DNA of 64,000 nucleotides from Terriglobales bacterium (GCA_035319065.1 DATHDM010000316.1:1050-65049), one strand, 5' to 3'; counted from the stretch's first letter, positions 19,562 to 31,743 are shown. Made by a program: numbers and translations. The notes: a model not told the origin generated them from the letters alone.

Positions 19562-19885
19562 CCTAAGTAGTCTCCTGCTGAGTTGATCAGCAAAGCGATT
19601 GCGGCATCGGCCGCTGGATTCCAAGTCGCACCCAAGGGGCCAAAGGCTGTAACAGGTTAGGTGCCCAACTATCAATGAGTTGTATGCCCTGGATGGAGAA
19701 TTGCGGGTCAAAATCCCCTTTTTTCCGCGCCATATGCCGCAACTGGGGCGCCGGTCACGCACAGTCGTATGTGATCTGGCGGCGCAAGCCATTGAATCGC
19801 CGAGCAGTGTTCGTAATGCCTGGATGAGTGGCCTTTTGGCCTCCAGGGTGCCTCTGGCTAGATAAGCAGGTATGGCGGAGGCGTT

Positions 19886-21184
19886 GTGGAGCCCAGCTTG
19901 ATGGTGATCGGCGTGAACTACCGGACAGCCCCGGTTGAGGTGCGGGAGCGGTTCTGGATCAGTCCCAGCCGGCGAAGCGAGGCGCTGGTGCAGCTCTCCA
20001 GGTCCCCCGGGATCGAAGAAGTCATCGTCCTGGCGACCTGCAATCGCACGGAGTTCATCCTGTGGACGGACGACGCCACGGCGGCTGCCGGATCGGTGCT
20101 GAGTTTCCTGACCAGGCAGTACGGGCTGCGGCTGTGCGAGTGGAGTCATTTCTACCGCCTGCTGGATCAGGCGGCGCTGACACACATCTTCAAAGTCACC
20201 TCCAGCCTCGACTCCATGGTCATTGGCGAGTCCGAAATCGTGGCCCAGGTGAAGGAAGCCTGGGCGGCGGCGCAGGAGGCAGGGACGTCAGGGAACTTCC
20301 TGGATGCGGTGCTGCAGAAGGCGCTCTCGGTTTCCAAGCGGGTGCGGAGTGAAACCACGATCGGCGATTGTGCGGTCTCGGTGCCCTACGCGGCGGTCGA
20401 GTTGGCACGCCAGATATTCAATTCGCTGAAGGACCGCCGCGTGCTGGTTCTGGGAGCGGGCAAGATGAGCGAGACCTCGGCCCGTTACCTGGTGAAGTAT
20501 GGGGTCACGGATGTGCGCGTGATCAATCGCACGCTGGAAAACGCGCAGCAGCTGGCGGAAGAGCTGGGAGGGCTGGCGGTTCCCTTCGAAGAGCGCTGGC
20601 AGCACTTCGTGGAGGCGGACATCATCATCGCCTCGACTTCGAGTTCGCACCTGATTCTCACCCGCGACGAGGCCGAAGCGATTCACCACGAACGCGAGGG
20701 AAGACCTCTGCTGCTGATCGATATCGCAGTGCCGCGGGACATCGATCCCCAGGTGAAGAACGTACACGGCATTTTTCTCTATGACATCGACGATCTGGAA
20801 GACGTGGTCAAGCGCAATAGCGGCCAGCGCGAAGCAGCGTCCGAAGCAGGGCTGGAGATCGTAACCGAGGAGGCGCGGCACTTCGGCCGCAGGCTGCTGG
20901 CGGAGCGGGTGGTGCCGACGATCGTGGCGCTGCGCGGCCGCCTGGACGACATTTGCCGGCAGGAGCTGGAAGCTTATCGCAGAGAGACCGGGCCGTTGAC
21001 GGCGGAACAGGAGAGAGCGCTGGCGGCGTTGACCTCCCGCATCACCCAGCGCATTGCAGGCTCCCTGGCCCGAGAGCTCAAAGAGCATCCAGAAAGGATG
21101 GAGCAGGAACAACTGGCCGCGGCGGTGCAGCGGTTATTCCATCTGGAACAGCCTGGATTGGCTGCCGCCGGCACCACTCATTGA
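19886..21184 (+). CDS. hemA: Glutamyl-tRNA reductase
   Basis: [13 protein letters not shown], catalytic-Cys motif LATCNRTEF and NADPH motif GAGKMSE. GGAGG lies 5 nt before the GTG. Confidence 0.93.
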   Translation: MEPSLMVIGVNYRTAPVEVRERFWISPSRRSEALVQLSRSPGIEEVIVLATCNRTEFILWTDDATAAAGSVLSFLTRQYGLRLCEWSHFYRLLDQAALTHIFKVTSSLDSMVIGESEIVAQVKEAWAAAQEAGTSGNFLDAVLQKALSVSKRVRSETTIGDCAVSVPYAAVELARQIFNSLKDRRVLVLGAGKMSETSARYLVKYGVTDVRVINRTLENAQQLAEELGGLAVPFEERWQHFVEADIIIASTSSSHLILTRDEAEAIHHEREGRPLLLIDIAVPRDIDPQVKNVHGIFLYDIDDLEDVVKRNSGQREAASEAGLEIVTEEARHFGRRLLAERVVPTIVALRGRLDDICRQELEAYRRETGPLTAEQERALAALTSRITQRIAGSLARELKEHPERMEQEQLAAAVQRLFHLEQPGLAAAGTTH

Positions 21185-21201
21185 AGGCAGGAGAGCACGT
21201 T

Positions 21202-21864
21202 ATGGCAAGAGTCATGGAAGTGGCGCAGCCGGCGCATCGGAGCGAAGAGGCGCATTGGTCGTCATCGCAGGTCTACACGCTGGCGATCGTTTGCTTGATT
21301 GCGGGCTTGGCAATCGGGTATCTGTTCCGGGGATCGGAAGCAGCCACAGCCGGCCGGGCGGAGGCGCCACAAGCTGCATCAGCAATTCCGGCAGGAATGC
21401 CACCAGTGCCAGGCATGGACGTGAAGCCCACGGAAGAGATGATCGACAAGGCGGCCGAACCGCTGCTGGCCCAGGTGAAACAGAACCCCAAAGACGCCGG
21501 CACGATGGTGAAGGTCGCTAACCTTTATTACGACGCCAAGTTCTTCGCCAAGGCGATCACGTACTACCAGCAGGCACTGAAGATCACTCCGAACAACGCG
21601 GACGTGATCACGGATCTGGGCACGGCCTATTTCTACAGCGGCAATCCCGACCAGGCGTTGAAGGAGTTCGAGCGCTCGCTAAAGGTGCGGCCCAATCACG
21701 CCGGCACGCTCTACAACGTCGGCATCGTGCGCTGGGAGGGCAAGATGGATCCCAAGGGCGCAGTGGAAGCTTGGGAGAAACTGCTGAAGGCCAACCCCAA
21801 TTATCCGCAGCGGGAGCAGTTGGAGGCCATGATTGCCAAGGCCAAGCAGCATTCCAAGATGTGA
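21202..21864 (+). CDS. Membrane-anchored TPR-repeat protein
   Basis: One TM (VYTLAIVCLIAGLAIGYLF) followed by TPR repeats (ANLYYDAKFFAKAITYYQQALKITPNN...). GGAG SD before the ATG at 21202. The track ORF start 20953 overlaps hemA and is rejected. Confidence 0.75.
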   Translation: MARVMEVAQPAHRSEEAHWSSSQVYTLAIVCLIAGLAIGYLFRGSEAATAGRAEAPQAASAIPAGMPPVPGMDVKPTEEMIDKAAEPLLAQVKQNPKDAGTMVKVANLYYDAKFFAKAITYYQQALKITPNNADVITDLGTAYFYSGNPDQALKEFERSLKVRPNHAGTLYNVGIVRWEGKMDPKGAVEAWEKLLKANPNYPQREQLEAMIAKAKQHSKM

Positions 21865-21929
21865 GATAGGCGCCGCTGGCCGCTCCCATGTTCCGACTCA
21901 ACATGGGGCACAAAAGGGGCCAGGCGGCC

Positions 21930-21970
21930 GCCAAAACCGGAGGGAGCCCTCACTCCTGCCTGGGGCTCCC
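21930..21970 (-). terminator. Possible terminator hairpin downstream of the DUF4397 gene
   Basis: GGGAGCCC, a 13-nt loop and GGGCTCCC (8 bp perfect). On the minus strand it is followed by CTCCGGTTTTGG. Confidence 0.35.
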
Positions 21971-22053
21971 CCCGGAAAAACCGGAAAAATCAAAAGGTGA
22001 AGGGAAAGCTCATGGCGGCTTCCATTCACTGAGGCTCGATTTCACACCGCGAG

Positions 22054-22740
22054 CTAGTTCAGATCCGCCAAGATCACCCCGTTCAGCGGCGGACCGCCCC
22101 CGGGAGCATCCAGCGCGACTACGGTACGGATCTGCCCGGCGCTCAGGCTTAGCGATCCCGAATCGATCAGGACGGCCTTGGACCCTGCCACGGTAAACCG
22201 CACGCGTATCGTCCCTGCCGTCTGAGTAGCGTAGCTCGAGGCGCTTTTGAAGCTCAGGCTCGGCTGTACTGGAGTGGCAGTGTTCAGGTCGTCGCTGGGC
22301 CCGGTCAGGTAAACATCCAGCGGGCCGGCCGCGGGCGACGCGTGGACGAAGCGGATCTTGAAGTCACCGGAGGAGGGAGCCGTATTGTTATCCGTCAGCA
22401 GCACCGGCGAGAGACTGTTGGCCAGGCCGGCGATCATGAATGTGTAATCCGTGCTGGATCCCAGGTTCAGGGTGGTGTCGATCACCAGGTTGGTGGTTCC
22501 CGTGGGTTCCACTTGGATCTGGCGTGAGCCGCTGGAAACGCCCGAGTAGCCGGTAACCGAGCTATACCCCAGGCCGGAGGCAAAGGCTGACTTGTCGACC
22601 AGAATGTCGAAATTTACGGAATTGGGGGAAGCGTGCAGCACGCGCAGACGGGTCGAGCTGCTGCTGCCGCCTCCGCACCCCGATGCCATCAGCAGAGCTA
22701 CAACCGAGCAGCCCAGCAACCACCTGTCCAGCAGTTTCAT
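22054..22740 (-). CDS. DUF4397-like lipoprotein
   Basis: Lipobox LMASGC, then two repeats of (L/I)R(V/F)(L/V)HASP (LRVLHASPNS, IRFVHASPAAGPLDVYL), typical of DUF4397. Confidence 0.75.
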   Translation of the reverse strand: MKLLDRWLLGCSVVALLMASGCGGGSSSSTRLRVLHASPNSVNFDILVDKSAFASGLGYSSVTGYSGVSSGSRQIQVEPTGTTNLVIDTTLNLGSSTDYTFMIAGLANSLSPVLLTDNNTAPSSGDFKIRFVHASPAAGPLDVYLTGPSDDLNTATPVQPSLSFKSASSYATQTAGTIRVRFTVAGSKAVLIDSGSLSLSAGQIRTVVALDAPGGGPPLNGVILADLN

Positions 22741-23155
22741 TCTCCACCCTTTCTTATTGGCACTGGATTGTGAACCTTGGATGCCAGAAAAACTAACGCT
22801 GAAAGCGGAAAGATGTTGCGGCGGATTTTCGGCAGCGCCGCGTTAAGTATATCTGGCCGCTATTGTGGGACTGAGAGAAGGTCCAATTCCGCCGGCAATT
22901 TTGGCCTGATCACGATCATGGTGCGTATCTTTCTACTTGGATGTCCGCGGAGGGCGAATCTACTGCCTGCCGCCGGGAAGACCATTCCCAGGGAGGCAGG
23001 AATCTTGGCCGCTTGCCCAACTCGTTGACTTCCAAGCTTGCTTAGGCTAGTCTAAAACCTTTGCCGTTCCGCAGTCGTCCGCCCCGAGTGTGTCTCTCTC
23101 ACCGCAGGGGCTAAGTCAGCGGTTCTTCTAGCGTTAATCATCTTGGGAGATTGAG

Positions 23156-23590
23156 ATGTCTACTTATTTCCCCAAAGAGGGGGAAATTGTCCGGAAGTGG
23201 CTTGTGGTGGATGCGGCGGGGCAAACCTTGGGCCGCCTTTCCACCCGCGTCGCCCGCCTTTTGAGCGGCAAGGATAACCCGCGCTTCACCCCGTTTATCG
23301 ATACCGGCGATCACGTAGTAGTGATCAACGCCGAGAAGGTGAAGCTGACGGGGCTGAAGGCCGACGAAAAGGTTTACCGTCGTTACAGCGGATACCCCGG
23401 AGGGCTGAAGCAGGAGGATTTCCGCAAGCGCTTTGCCCGCAAACCGGAGCAGGTGGTTGAGGACGCGATCCTCGGCATGTTGCCCAAGTCCAAGCTGGGG
23501 AAATCCATGGGTCGCAAGCTGAAGGTCTATCGCGGCGATAAGCATCCGCACCAGGCGCAAAAGCCCGAGGCGGTTGCCGTTGCCGGTTGA
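23156..23590 (+). CDS. rplM: 50S ribosomal protein L13
   Basis: [25 protein letters not shown]...HVVVINAEK...[17 protein letters not shown]. Confidence 0.95.
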   Translation: MSTYFPKEGEIVRKWLVVDAAGQTLGRLSTRVARLLSGKDNPRFTPFIDTGDHVVVINAEKVKLTGLKADEKVYRRYSGYPGGLKQEDFRKRFARKPEQVVEDAILGMLPKSKLGKSMGRKLKVYRGDKHPHQAQKPEAVAVAG

Positions 23591-23730
23591 TTTCATGGGG
23601 GACCGGCCGCCCCTCCTGTGAACTCTGGCCGGAGCAGTGAAGTGCGGCAAGGCTTCTGTGATCCGCCGCTATAATACTTTGATGGTTGTGGGCCTCCGCA
23701 GGGCGCGGGTGCCCCGGGAAAGATTGGAAC

Positions 23731-24126
23731 ATGGCAGAACAGGTTGAGTATTACGGAACGGGACGCCGCAAATCGAGCGTGGCTCGCGTGTTTCTTCGTC
23801 CCGGCGCAGGTGAAATCAAGGTCAACGGCCGGCTGTTTGACCAGTACTTCGTGACCGTGGCGCAGCGCGTCGAGGCGCGGGAGCCGCTGGTGGCTACCGA
23901 CAGCGCAGCCACCTTCAACGCCGTAATCACCGTGTCGGGCGGGGGCGTGAACGGCCAGGCTGGAGCCGTCAAGATGGGCATTGCGCGAGCTTTGCTGCAA
24001 TTCAACCCGGAGTTGCGCAGCAAGCTGAAGAGCGCGGGATTTCTGACTCGCGATTCGCGTGCCAAGGAGCGCAAGAAGTACGGCCAGAAGGGTGCGCGCA
24101 AGCGGTTCCAGTTCAGCAAGCGTTAA
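23731..24126 (+). CDS. rpsI: 30S ribosomal protein S9
   Basis: [14 protein letters not shown]...[19 protein letters not shown]...[21 protein letters not shown] at 23731 inside the track ORF. Confidence 0.95.
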   Translation: MAEQVEYYGTGRRKSSVARVFLRPGAGEIKVNGRLFDQYFVTVAQRVEAREPLVATDSAATFNAVITVSGGGVNGQAGAVKMGIARALLQFNPELRSKLKSAGFLTRDSRAKERKKYGQKGARKRFQFSKR

Positions 24127-24311
24127 ACCGCTTGCCGGACGCGGTTCGCTTGGTTTTGAGTTGCCGCTGTGGTCTCGATTCCGGACCGCGGCTCGAGGCA
24201 GTAACCAGGAATCGAATTTTCCCGTCCCTCCCATTTGATCAGGGGCGGGTGATGGGAATGTAATCCCGGCACCTCGATGTTGGCCGGGATGCAATTCAAA
24301 AAGGAGGTTTT

Positions 24312-25232
<921 letters not shown>

Positions 25233-25371
25233 GCCCTGGGTGCGAAAAAGGGCTCCCGCGTTTGCAGGCGGAAGCGCAGTTTCGACCCGAGCCGCCAGCG
25301 ACAGAGCCGCAATTTCAGGGCGCGAATCGATTTGCGTCAGCGCCCATCTAATCGACAGGATTATTGTAATT

Positions 25372-26055
25372 ATGGGAACGACTTCCGTGAACATTTCTGC
25401 CAACCAGGTGCGCGAGCTGCGCGACAAGACGGGCGCTCCGATGATGGACTGTAAGAACGCACTCACCGAAGCCAAGGGCAATATGGACGAGGCCATCGTG
25501 CTGCTGCGCAAGCGCGGGGCTGCCATCATGCAGAAAAAGGCCGCGCGCACTACGAGTGAAGGCTCGGTCACCAGCTACATTCACGCCGGCGGCAAGATCG
25601 GCGTGCTGGTTGAGGTCAATTGCGAAAGCGACTTCGTCGCCCGCACCGACGACTTCAAGGAGTTGGTGCACGATGTCGCCATGCACATCGCGGCCAGCGA
25701 CCCGAAGTTCATTCGCAAGGAAGAGGTCACTCCCGAAGCCTTCGAGAAGGAGAAGGACATTTACCGGGCGCAGGCTGCGGCCACCGGCAAGCCGGCCAAC
25801 GTGGTGGAAAAGATCGTCGAAGGCAAGATGGCCAAGTTCTACGAGGAGGTCTGCCTCTACGAGCAGCCCTTCATCAAAGATCAGACCATCAGCGTCTCCC
25901 AGCTCATCGGACAAAAGATCGGCAAGCTGGGCGAGAACATTGCCGTACGCCGGTTCGCGCGCTTCAAAGTCGGCGAGCCCGGCGCAACCATCGCCATTAG
26001 CGCGCTCAAGCAGGACGGCAACGACGGCGAGGCGGCAACTCCGGTGGCGAAGTAG
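25372..26055 (+). CDS. tsf: Elongation factor Ts
   Basis: VRELRDKTGAPMMDCKNAL (UBA-like N-domain) and the dimerisation core. ATG at 25372. The upstream part of track ORF 24862-26055 overlaps rpsB out of frame. Confidence 0.93.
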   Translation: MGTTSVNISANQVRELRDKTGAPMMDCKNALTEAKGNMDEAIVLLRKRGAAIMQKKAARTTSEGSVTSYIHAGGKIGVLVEVNCESDFVARTDDFKELVHDVAMHIAASDPKFIRKEEVTPEAFEKEKDIYRAQAAATGKPANVVEKIVEGKMAKFYEEVCLYEQPFIKDQTISVSQLIGQKIGKLGENIAVRRFARFKVGEPGATIAISALKQDGNDGEAATPVAK

Positions 26056-26207
26056 CGGGTTGCTTTGTGCGGGACGCGGCTTTCAGCCACGCCGCCCCCA
26101 CCCTCATTGCTTGCACCCCCCCGCGCCTTTCCGGGCCGGCGTCATTCCCGTTTGCGCATCCGCCCCCGCTCCCGCTAGACTGAAGGCAGAGGCTACGGAC
26201 ACGACGC

Positions 26208-26924
26208 GTGCATCAACCCGTCTTTAAGCGCATCCTGCTCAAACTTTCCGGCGAGGCCCTCGCCGCCAACCAGGGATTTGGAGTTGATTCGTCCCGCCTA
26301 CAGGAAATTGCCGCTGAACTTGCCGACGTACACTCCCTGGGCGCGCAGATCGCCATCGTGGTGGGGGGCGGAAATTTCTTCCGTGGTGTGGCAGTGCAGG
26401 CAAAAAACATGGACCGTGTCTCCGCCGACCACATGGGCATGCTGGCTACGGTCATCAACGCGCTCGCCCTGCAGGACGCGCTCGAAAAGCAGGGCATTTA
26501 CACGCGCGTGCAGTCGGCTATCGAGATGAACCAGGTCGCCGAGCCTTTCATTCGCCGGCGCGCCATACGCCACCTGGAAAAAGGCCGCATCGTCATCTTC
26601 GCGGGCGGCACCGGCAACCCCTACTTTTCCACCGATACCGCCGCTTCCTTGCGTGCCATGGAGATCAAAGCCGATGCCATCCTCAAGGCCACCAAGGTCG
26701 ATGGCATCTATGACGCCGATCCCGTCATCGTCAAAGACGCCAAGATGTTTCCCAGCATCTCCTATCTCGACATCCTGCAGCGCGGCCTGAAGGTGATGGA
26801 CGCTACCGCCATCAGCCTCTGCCGCGACAACAATCTCCCCATCGTGGTCTTCAACCTGAATCAGCACGGCAACATCCGCCGGGTAGTGCTGGGAGAAAAG
26901 GTCGGATCGCTGGTCAGCGCGTGA
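26208..26924 (+). CDS. pyrH: UMP kinase
   Basis: [10 protein letters not shown]...[10 protein letters not shown]...[17 protein letters not shown] start. Confidence 0.95.
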   Translation: MHQPVFKRILLKLSGEALAANQGFGVDSSRLQEIAAELADVHSLGAQIAIVVGGGNFFRGVAVQAKNMDRVSADHMGMLATVINALALQDALEKQGIYTRVQSAIEMNQVAEPFIRRRAIRHLEKGRIVIFAGGTGNPYFSTDTAASLRAMEIKADAILKATKVDGIYDADPVIVKDAKMFPSISYLDILQRGLKVMDATAISLCRDNNLPIVVFNLNQHGNIRRVVLGEKVGSLVSA

Positions 26925-26981
26925 ACGGGTTTCTTCACCGGCGCAGAGTCGCCATCACCACGCCGGCTGCCTCGCACAAGG

Positions 26982-26987
26982 TATAAT
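26982..26987 (+). promoter_or_regulatory. Possible -10 box (TATAAT) upstream of frr
   Basis: Perfect TATAAT 35 nt before the frr ATG. No convincing -35. Confidence 0.25.
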
Positions 26988-27021
26988 CTGCGGTTTTAGA
27001 AAGCACGGGAGACACTCCAAT

Positions 27022-27606
27022 ATGGCGCAGACAATGGCGGGCATCCCCGCCCTCAAGGAAGTCTTTGGCCAGCTCAAGGGACGCATGGATAAAGCGGTTG
27101 AGGATTTCCGCCGCGAGATGGCTGCGGTGCGTACCGGGCGCGCGTCGGTGCATATGCTCGACGGCGTGCAGATCGACTACTACGGCTCCCTGATGCCGCT
27201 CAACCAGGTCGCTCAGGTACACGCTCCGGAAGCGCAGCTGATTACGGTGCAGCCCTTCGATCCCAGCTCGCTCTCGACCGTCGAGAAGGCCATCCGCAGC
27301 GCGGACCTCGGTCTGAATCCCATGAACGACGGCAAGATCATCCGCGTTCCAGTTCCGCCCCTCACCCAGGAACGGCGCAAGGAGATGGTCAAGCATCTTC
27401 ACAAGGTGCTGGAGGATCACCGCACCGCTATCCGCAATGTCCGCCGCGATGGCAACGAGTCCATCAAGAAGGCGCTCAAGGACAAGAAGATCACCGAGGA
27501 CGACGAACGCCGGGCGCTGGAGGAGATCCAGAAGCTCACGGACGACGAAATCAAGAAGATGGAAACCATGAGCGCGGCCAAGGAGAAAGAGGTGCTGGAA
27601 GTCTAG
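27022..27606 (+). CDS. frr: Ribosome recycling factor
   Basis: Typical RRF sequence (LDGVQIDYYGS..PLNQVA...ITVQPFD...IRVPVPPLTEERRKE-like). Confidence 0.95.
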   Translation: MAQTMAGIPALKEVFGQLKGRMDKAVEDFRREMAAVRTGRASVHMLDGVQIDYYGSLMPLNQVAQVHAPEAQLITVQPFDPSSLSTVEKAIRSADLGLNPMNDGKIIRVPVPPLTQERRKEMVKHLHKVLEDHRTAIRNVRRDGNESIKKALKDKKITEDDERRALEEIQKLTDDEIKKMETMSAAKEKEVLEV

Positions 27607-27623
27607 GCCATCCCAGCGGAGGC

Positions 27624-29111
27624 TCAGTCACTTGCCTTGCTCGCCAGCCCTCTCTGCCGCAGCTGGGCGTGGCATTCCTCTTCCAGCAATGCCAGCAATT
27701 GCTCCATGTGCTCCTGACGCGTGCGGAAGTTTACCGGATTGATGCGGAACCAAGACTTGCCCTTCAGCTCGGTGGTCGAAATCCAGAATTTTCCGCTCTC
27801 CTCAACTCGCCGGGCCACCTCGGCGTGCAGTGCCTTGGCTTGCGAGGGGTCCAGGTCAGCAAGGCCATAGCGAATGCAGATCGCCGACATCGGCGGGTCG
27901 CTCGCCGCCTCGAACGCAGGATGCTTCCCAGCCAACGAATACAGATATTTCGCCTGGCGGATGTTGTTGTCTATCCACTCGCCGATCTGGCGCGCGCCAT
28001 AGCGCTTGAAGCTCATCCACACTTTCAGGCTGCGAAAGCGGCGCGACTGTTCGAAGCCGTGGACGTAATACTGGTAGCGCTCGCTCTCGCGATCGAGTTC
28101 GTCGGTGAGATACGCCGGCTTCAAACCGAACGACGCCGTCAGCCGCCGCTCATCTTTGGCCAAGATCGCCCCCGCATCGAGCGGTGCGTAGAACCATTTG
28201 TGCGGATCGATGGTGATCGAGTCCGCCAGCTCCAGCCCGTGATCCCGCATGGCAAATTCGTGCGAGAGCAGCATCCCGCCTCCGTAGGCGGCATCGGCAT
28301 GCAGCCACATGCCCTCGCGATCGGCGATTTTGCGCAGCTCGCGTATGGGATCGATGGCTCCGGTGTTTGTGGTTCCAAAAATCCCGACGATGCACATCGG
28401 CCGCACGCCACGCTTGTGATCTTCTTTGATAGCTGTTTCGAGCGCATCCAGACGGAGTTGAAATTTCTCATCAGTCGGCAAAGCGCGTAGTGCCGCGCGG
28501 CCCAGGCCCACCGCATCGATAGCTTTGTCCACTGAAACATGCCGTTCCTCGGAGGCATACACCGCCCAGCGCTCTTGCACTCCCTGGTGTTGCGCACGGT
28601 CGCGAGAAGCCCAATCGCGGGCCAGTTTGATGCCGATGAAGTTGGCCATCATGCCGCCGCTGGTGAGATTCCCTCCGGCTTGAGGACCGTAACCTGCCAG
28701 ATCGGTAAGCCAGCGAACCGTCCTACGCTCCATGGCAACGGCGGAGGGCCCGATGGTGTAGGCGCCGATGTTCTGATTCAGAGCCGAGCAGATGAAATCC
28801 GCAAGGATACCAGTAGGATTCGGCGACGGGGTGATCAGTCCCATATACCCGGGATGCCCGACGTGGGTGCAGTAAGGGAGCAGCTTCTCTTCCAGCTCGC
28901 CTAAGACCTCCGCCGCCGTGTTGGGGTCCTGAGGCAGCGGCTCGGCAAACAGCTCCGCCAGGAGCCGCGGCTCCGCGTTTGAGAACACCGGCTTCTCCTC
29001 GATGTGTTCCAGATACTCCGCCAGCATATCCACCACGCGATGGCCCACCTGTCGAAACTCACCTGCGTCCATGAGGGCACCTCTGCTCTGAGTGTAGCCG
29101 ATGGCTGGCAT
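27624..29111 (-). CDS. Group II pyridoxal-phosphate-dependent decarboxylase (aromatic amino acid / glutamate decarboxylase family)
   Basis: 495 aa. PLP-lysine context SITIDPHKWFYAPLDAG and HADAAYGG. The substrate cannot be inferred. Confidence 0.85.
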   Translation of the reverse strand: MPAIGYTQSRGALMDAGEFRQVGHRVVDMLAEYLEHIEEKPVFSNAEPRLLAELFAEPLPQDPNTAAEVLGELEEKLLPYCTHVGHPGYMGLITPSPNPTGILADFICSALNQNIGAYTIGPSAVAMERRTVRWLTDLAGYGPQAGGNLTSGGMMANFIGIKLARDWASRDRAQHQGVQERWAVYASEERHVSVDKAIDAVGLGRAALRALPTDEKFQLRLDALETAIKEDHKRGVRPMCIVGIFGTTNTGAIDPIRELRKIADREGMWLHADAAYGGGMLLSHEFAMRDHGLELADSITIDPHKWFYAPLDAGAILAKDERRLTASFGLKPAYLTDELDRESERYQYYVHGFEQSRRFRSLKVWMSFKRYGARQIGEWIDNNIRQAKYLYSLAGKHPAFEAASDPPMSAICIRYGLADLDPSQAKALHAEVARRVEESGKFWISTTELKGKSWFRINPVNFRTRQEHMEQLLALLEEECHAQLRQRGLASKASD

Positions 29112-29286
29112 TTCACCGGAGTCGGCTCCCCCACGTCCATCCGATTCTTGCGGTCATAGTTTTGAACACGAAAAAAAACGACGTGTCGTCCCCAGCCAGT
29201 TGGAGGCCAACGGCGGAGAGGGGTTGCATCGCGGCCTGGCTTTTGGAAATCGAATGCAGTGAACGCTGCAAGCGGGAGGGAGTCTG

Positions 29287-29769
29287 ATGAATATACTGAC
29301 TGTCAATCTACTGTTCAGCACATTGGTGTTCTGGGCCGCGGCCCGCATTTACGTCTTCCCAAAACTCCGCGAACTGAAACCACAAACCCTACTGATTCCA
29401 ATTCTTCTGCTTCATGCAATGCGCCACTTGGGATTGATGTTTCTGGCGCCTGGAGCCACCTATGCCGGAATTGCGCCGCACTTCGCTTATCCGGCAGCAT
29501 TCGGAGACCTGCTCGCCGCCATGCTGGCACTGGCCGCGATTCTCGCCCTGGTGAGGAAGGCGCCAGTCAGCCGGCTCCTAGTGTGGATTTTCAACGTCGA
29601 AGGAACACTCGACCTGCTGAACGCGATGACACTGGCCACGATTTATGACGCGCAGCCCTACATGGGTCCAGCCTACTGGATTCCTGCCTTCTGGGTTCCG
29701 GCGCTGCTGGTGACCCACTACCTCACATTTGTCTATCTCTGGAAGTACTGGAAAACCGCGACCCAGTAA
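29287..29769 (+). CDS. Hypothetical integral membrane protein (4-5 TM)
   Basis: Strongly hydrophobic 160-aa ORF with regularly spaced TM segments. No recognisable family. Confidence 0.55.
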   Translation: MNILTVNLLFSTLVFWAAARIYVFPKLRELKPQTLLIPILLLHAMRHLGLMFLAPGATYAGIAPHFAYPAAFGDLLAAMLALAAILALVRKAPVSRLLVWIFNVEGTLDLLNAMTLATIYDAQPYMGPAYWIPAFWVPALLVTHYLTFVYLWKYWKTATQ

Positions 29770-29925
29770 GGCAATTCCTTGTGGCCGTCAACAAGGATCG
29801 GAAGTCGCGGCACGCTCTGCTTTCCCAAATCGGCACCACCGATCGGGGCTCGCAGGGATTTCACTTTCGCGCGTTGCCCCCGGGGCACAATACAGGCATC
29901 GCTGTCTCGCGCATCGGAGGTTCTT

Positions 29926-30111
29926 ATGCCGTTCATCGACAGTCCACTCGCCGTACTCGCCTTCTCAGGAACCAAGCCCAACCTCGACCTCGAAGACGAT
30001 CTGGCCGAGGACCTGCAGCAGGTCTGCCCTGTCTGCGGCGAGATCCTCTACGAGTTCAGCAGCGACGACTGGCCACAGCGCTGTCCGGAGTGCGGCAACA
30101 CCGTCTATTGA
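29926..30111 (+). CDS. 61-aa zinc-ribbon mini-protein
   Basis: GGAGG lies 5 nt before the ATG. CPVCG...CPECG, two CPxCG knuckles. It is the 3' part of track ORF 29779-30111. Confidence 0.5.
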   Translation: MPFIDSPLAVLAFSGTKPNLDLEDDLAEDLQQVCPVCGEILYEFSSDDWPQRCPECGNTVY

Positions 30112-30265
30112 TGCGGCGGTGGTTACCCTGACAGTTACCTTCCACAACGCACCTCCCTGCAGGTTCGCTGGACTTCAGTAACCAGCAACTATCGTCCACG
30201 GCGCGGGTTCTAAGTGTGCGTCCGCAGAAACAGCTCCCCCAGAATCCAAGTCTCTGGAGTGTGTC

Positions 30266-31684
30266 ATGCGACGTCTGTTTTCCCTTGCGGTCCTGACCGC
30301 GATATTGGCAACCATCTTTACGGCATGCGGAGGGGGAGCTGGCTCCTCAAACTCCGGCAACACCAACACCAGCCAAAGTCAAGGGGCTACCTTCATCACG
30401 GCCGAGGATGCTCCGCTGCCATCCGTGCTGGCATTCAACGTCACTATCAACAGCATCACGCTGAACAACTCGTCCACGAGCGTTACTGCGCTGTCTGAGG
30501 CAACCACCGTCGATTTCGCCCGCCTGCTTGGACTGCGCACGCTGCTCGCCTTTAACTCGGTGCCAGCGGGAACCTACACCAGCGCCACCTTCAGTCTGTC
30601 TAATCCCGTGATCTCGTACCTGGACCTGAGCCAGACACCTCCGGGAGTAGGCACGATCAACGGCTCCTTCACTGCGCCTAACAACACCACTTCCCCCACC
30701 ACCACTGTGACCGTTTCTCTCAAGACTCCCATGGTGGTTACGGCCAACGGTCTCTCCGGCCTGCACATGGAGTTTGACCTGCGGCAGTCGGTGCAGCTGG
30801 ACAATGCGGGCCAGGTGACCGGCGTGGTCAACCCGCAGATCGACCTGCGCCCCGTTTTCCCCAAGGACGACGACGCGCAGATCACCGACCTTCGCGGCGG
30901 TCTGGTCTCGGTCAACGTGGCCGGCAACTCGTTCGTGATCCAGCGGCTGCACGGCCACCAGATCACTATCGACGTGAACAGCTCCACTACGTACAGCGGC
31001 ACCACTAGCCTCAGCACGCTCACCACTCCGGCCGTGATCGAGGTTGACGGCACGGTCCAGAACGACGGCAGCGTGCTGGCGAGTTCGGTCGAGGTCGTTA
31101 CCACCCACTCGAATTTCGTGAGCGGCCGCATCGTGGCAGTCAACCCAACCTCCGGTCCGGTGAAAACCGTGACCCTGCTGGTCGGGGAAGAGTGGCCTGA
31201 CATTGCCAACATCCAAGTAGGCTTCCCGGTCACGCTCGACATCAGTCAGGTGCAGGATTACGACATCTGCCATGTCGACAACTGGTTCACCAGCTTCCTG
31301 TTCAACAGCTCCGAACTGGTGGTTGGCCAGCGCATCGCCATCGGCGGGATGCTGGACACCACCCAGAACCCCGCGGTGCTCGTCCCACACCGGGTCGTGC
31401 TGCGCCGGCAGGGTGTGGAAGGCGATCTGGTAGCTAACAGCGTCAACATCGTGAGCGGCAACCAGGGCAGCTTCCAGATCCAGAACAACCGCCTTTTCGG
31501 ATACATCCTGGGCGCTCCTTTGGATGTCTCCACCAGCAACTTCACGCACTTCCGCAATATCAACGGGCTGAGCGGGCTGGCCGCGGCCGGCAGCGCCAAG
31601 GTGGGAACCTACGGCCTGGTGCTGAAGGACAACTCCACCGGCAACCCGCGGATGTACGCCCACTGGGTCACCGTGCTTCCGTAG
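30266..31684 (+). CDS. DUF4382-like lipoprotein
   Basis: Lipobox IFTACGG, then FITAEDAPLPSVLAFNVTINSITL, typical of the DUF4382 N-terminus. Ser/Thr-rich beta-type sequence. Confidence 0.75.
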   Translation: MRRLFSLAVLTAILATIFTACGGGAGSSNSGNTNTSQSQGATFITAEDAPLPSVLAFNVTINSITLNNSSTSVTALSEATTVDFARLLGLRTLLAFNSVPAGTYTSATFSLSNPVISYLDLSQTPPGVGTINGSFTAPNNTTSPTTTVTVSLKTPMVVTANGLSGLHMEFDLRQSVQLDNAGQVTGVVNPQIDLRPVFPKDDDAQITDLRGGLVSVNVAGNSFVIQRLHGHQITIDVNSSTTYSGTTSLSTLTTPAVIEVDGTVQNDGSVLASSVEVVTTHSNFVSGRIVAVNPTSGPVKTVTLLVGEEWPDIANIQVGFPVTLDISQVQDYDICHVDNWFTSFLFNSSELVVGQRIAIGGMLDTTQNPAVLVPHRVVLRRQGVEGDLVANSVNIVSGNQGSFQIQNNRLFGYILGAPLDVSTSNFTHFRNINGLSGLAAAGSAKVGTYGLVLKDNSTGNPRMYAHWVTVLP

Positions 31685-31712
31685 TTCCTCAACGGATCAC
31701 CCCAAGCAACGG

Positions 31713-31743
31713 CAGGCGGCCGCAAGGCCGCCTGTCTCCTTTT
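31713..31743 (+). terminator. Intrinsic terminator after the DUF4382 gene
   Basis: CAGGCGGCC, a GCAA loop and GGCCGCCTG (9 bp perfect, GNRA loop), followed by TCTCCTTTT. Confidence 0.7.
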
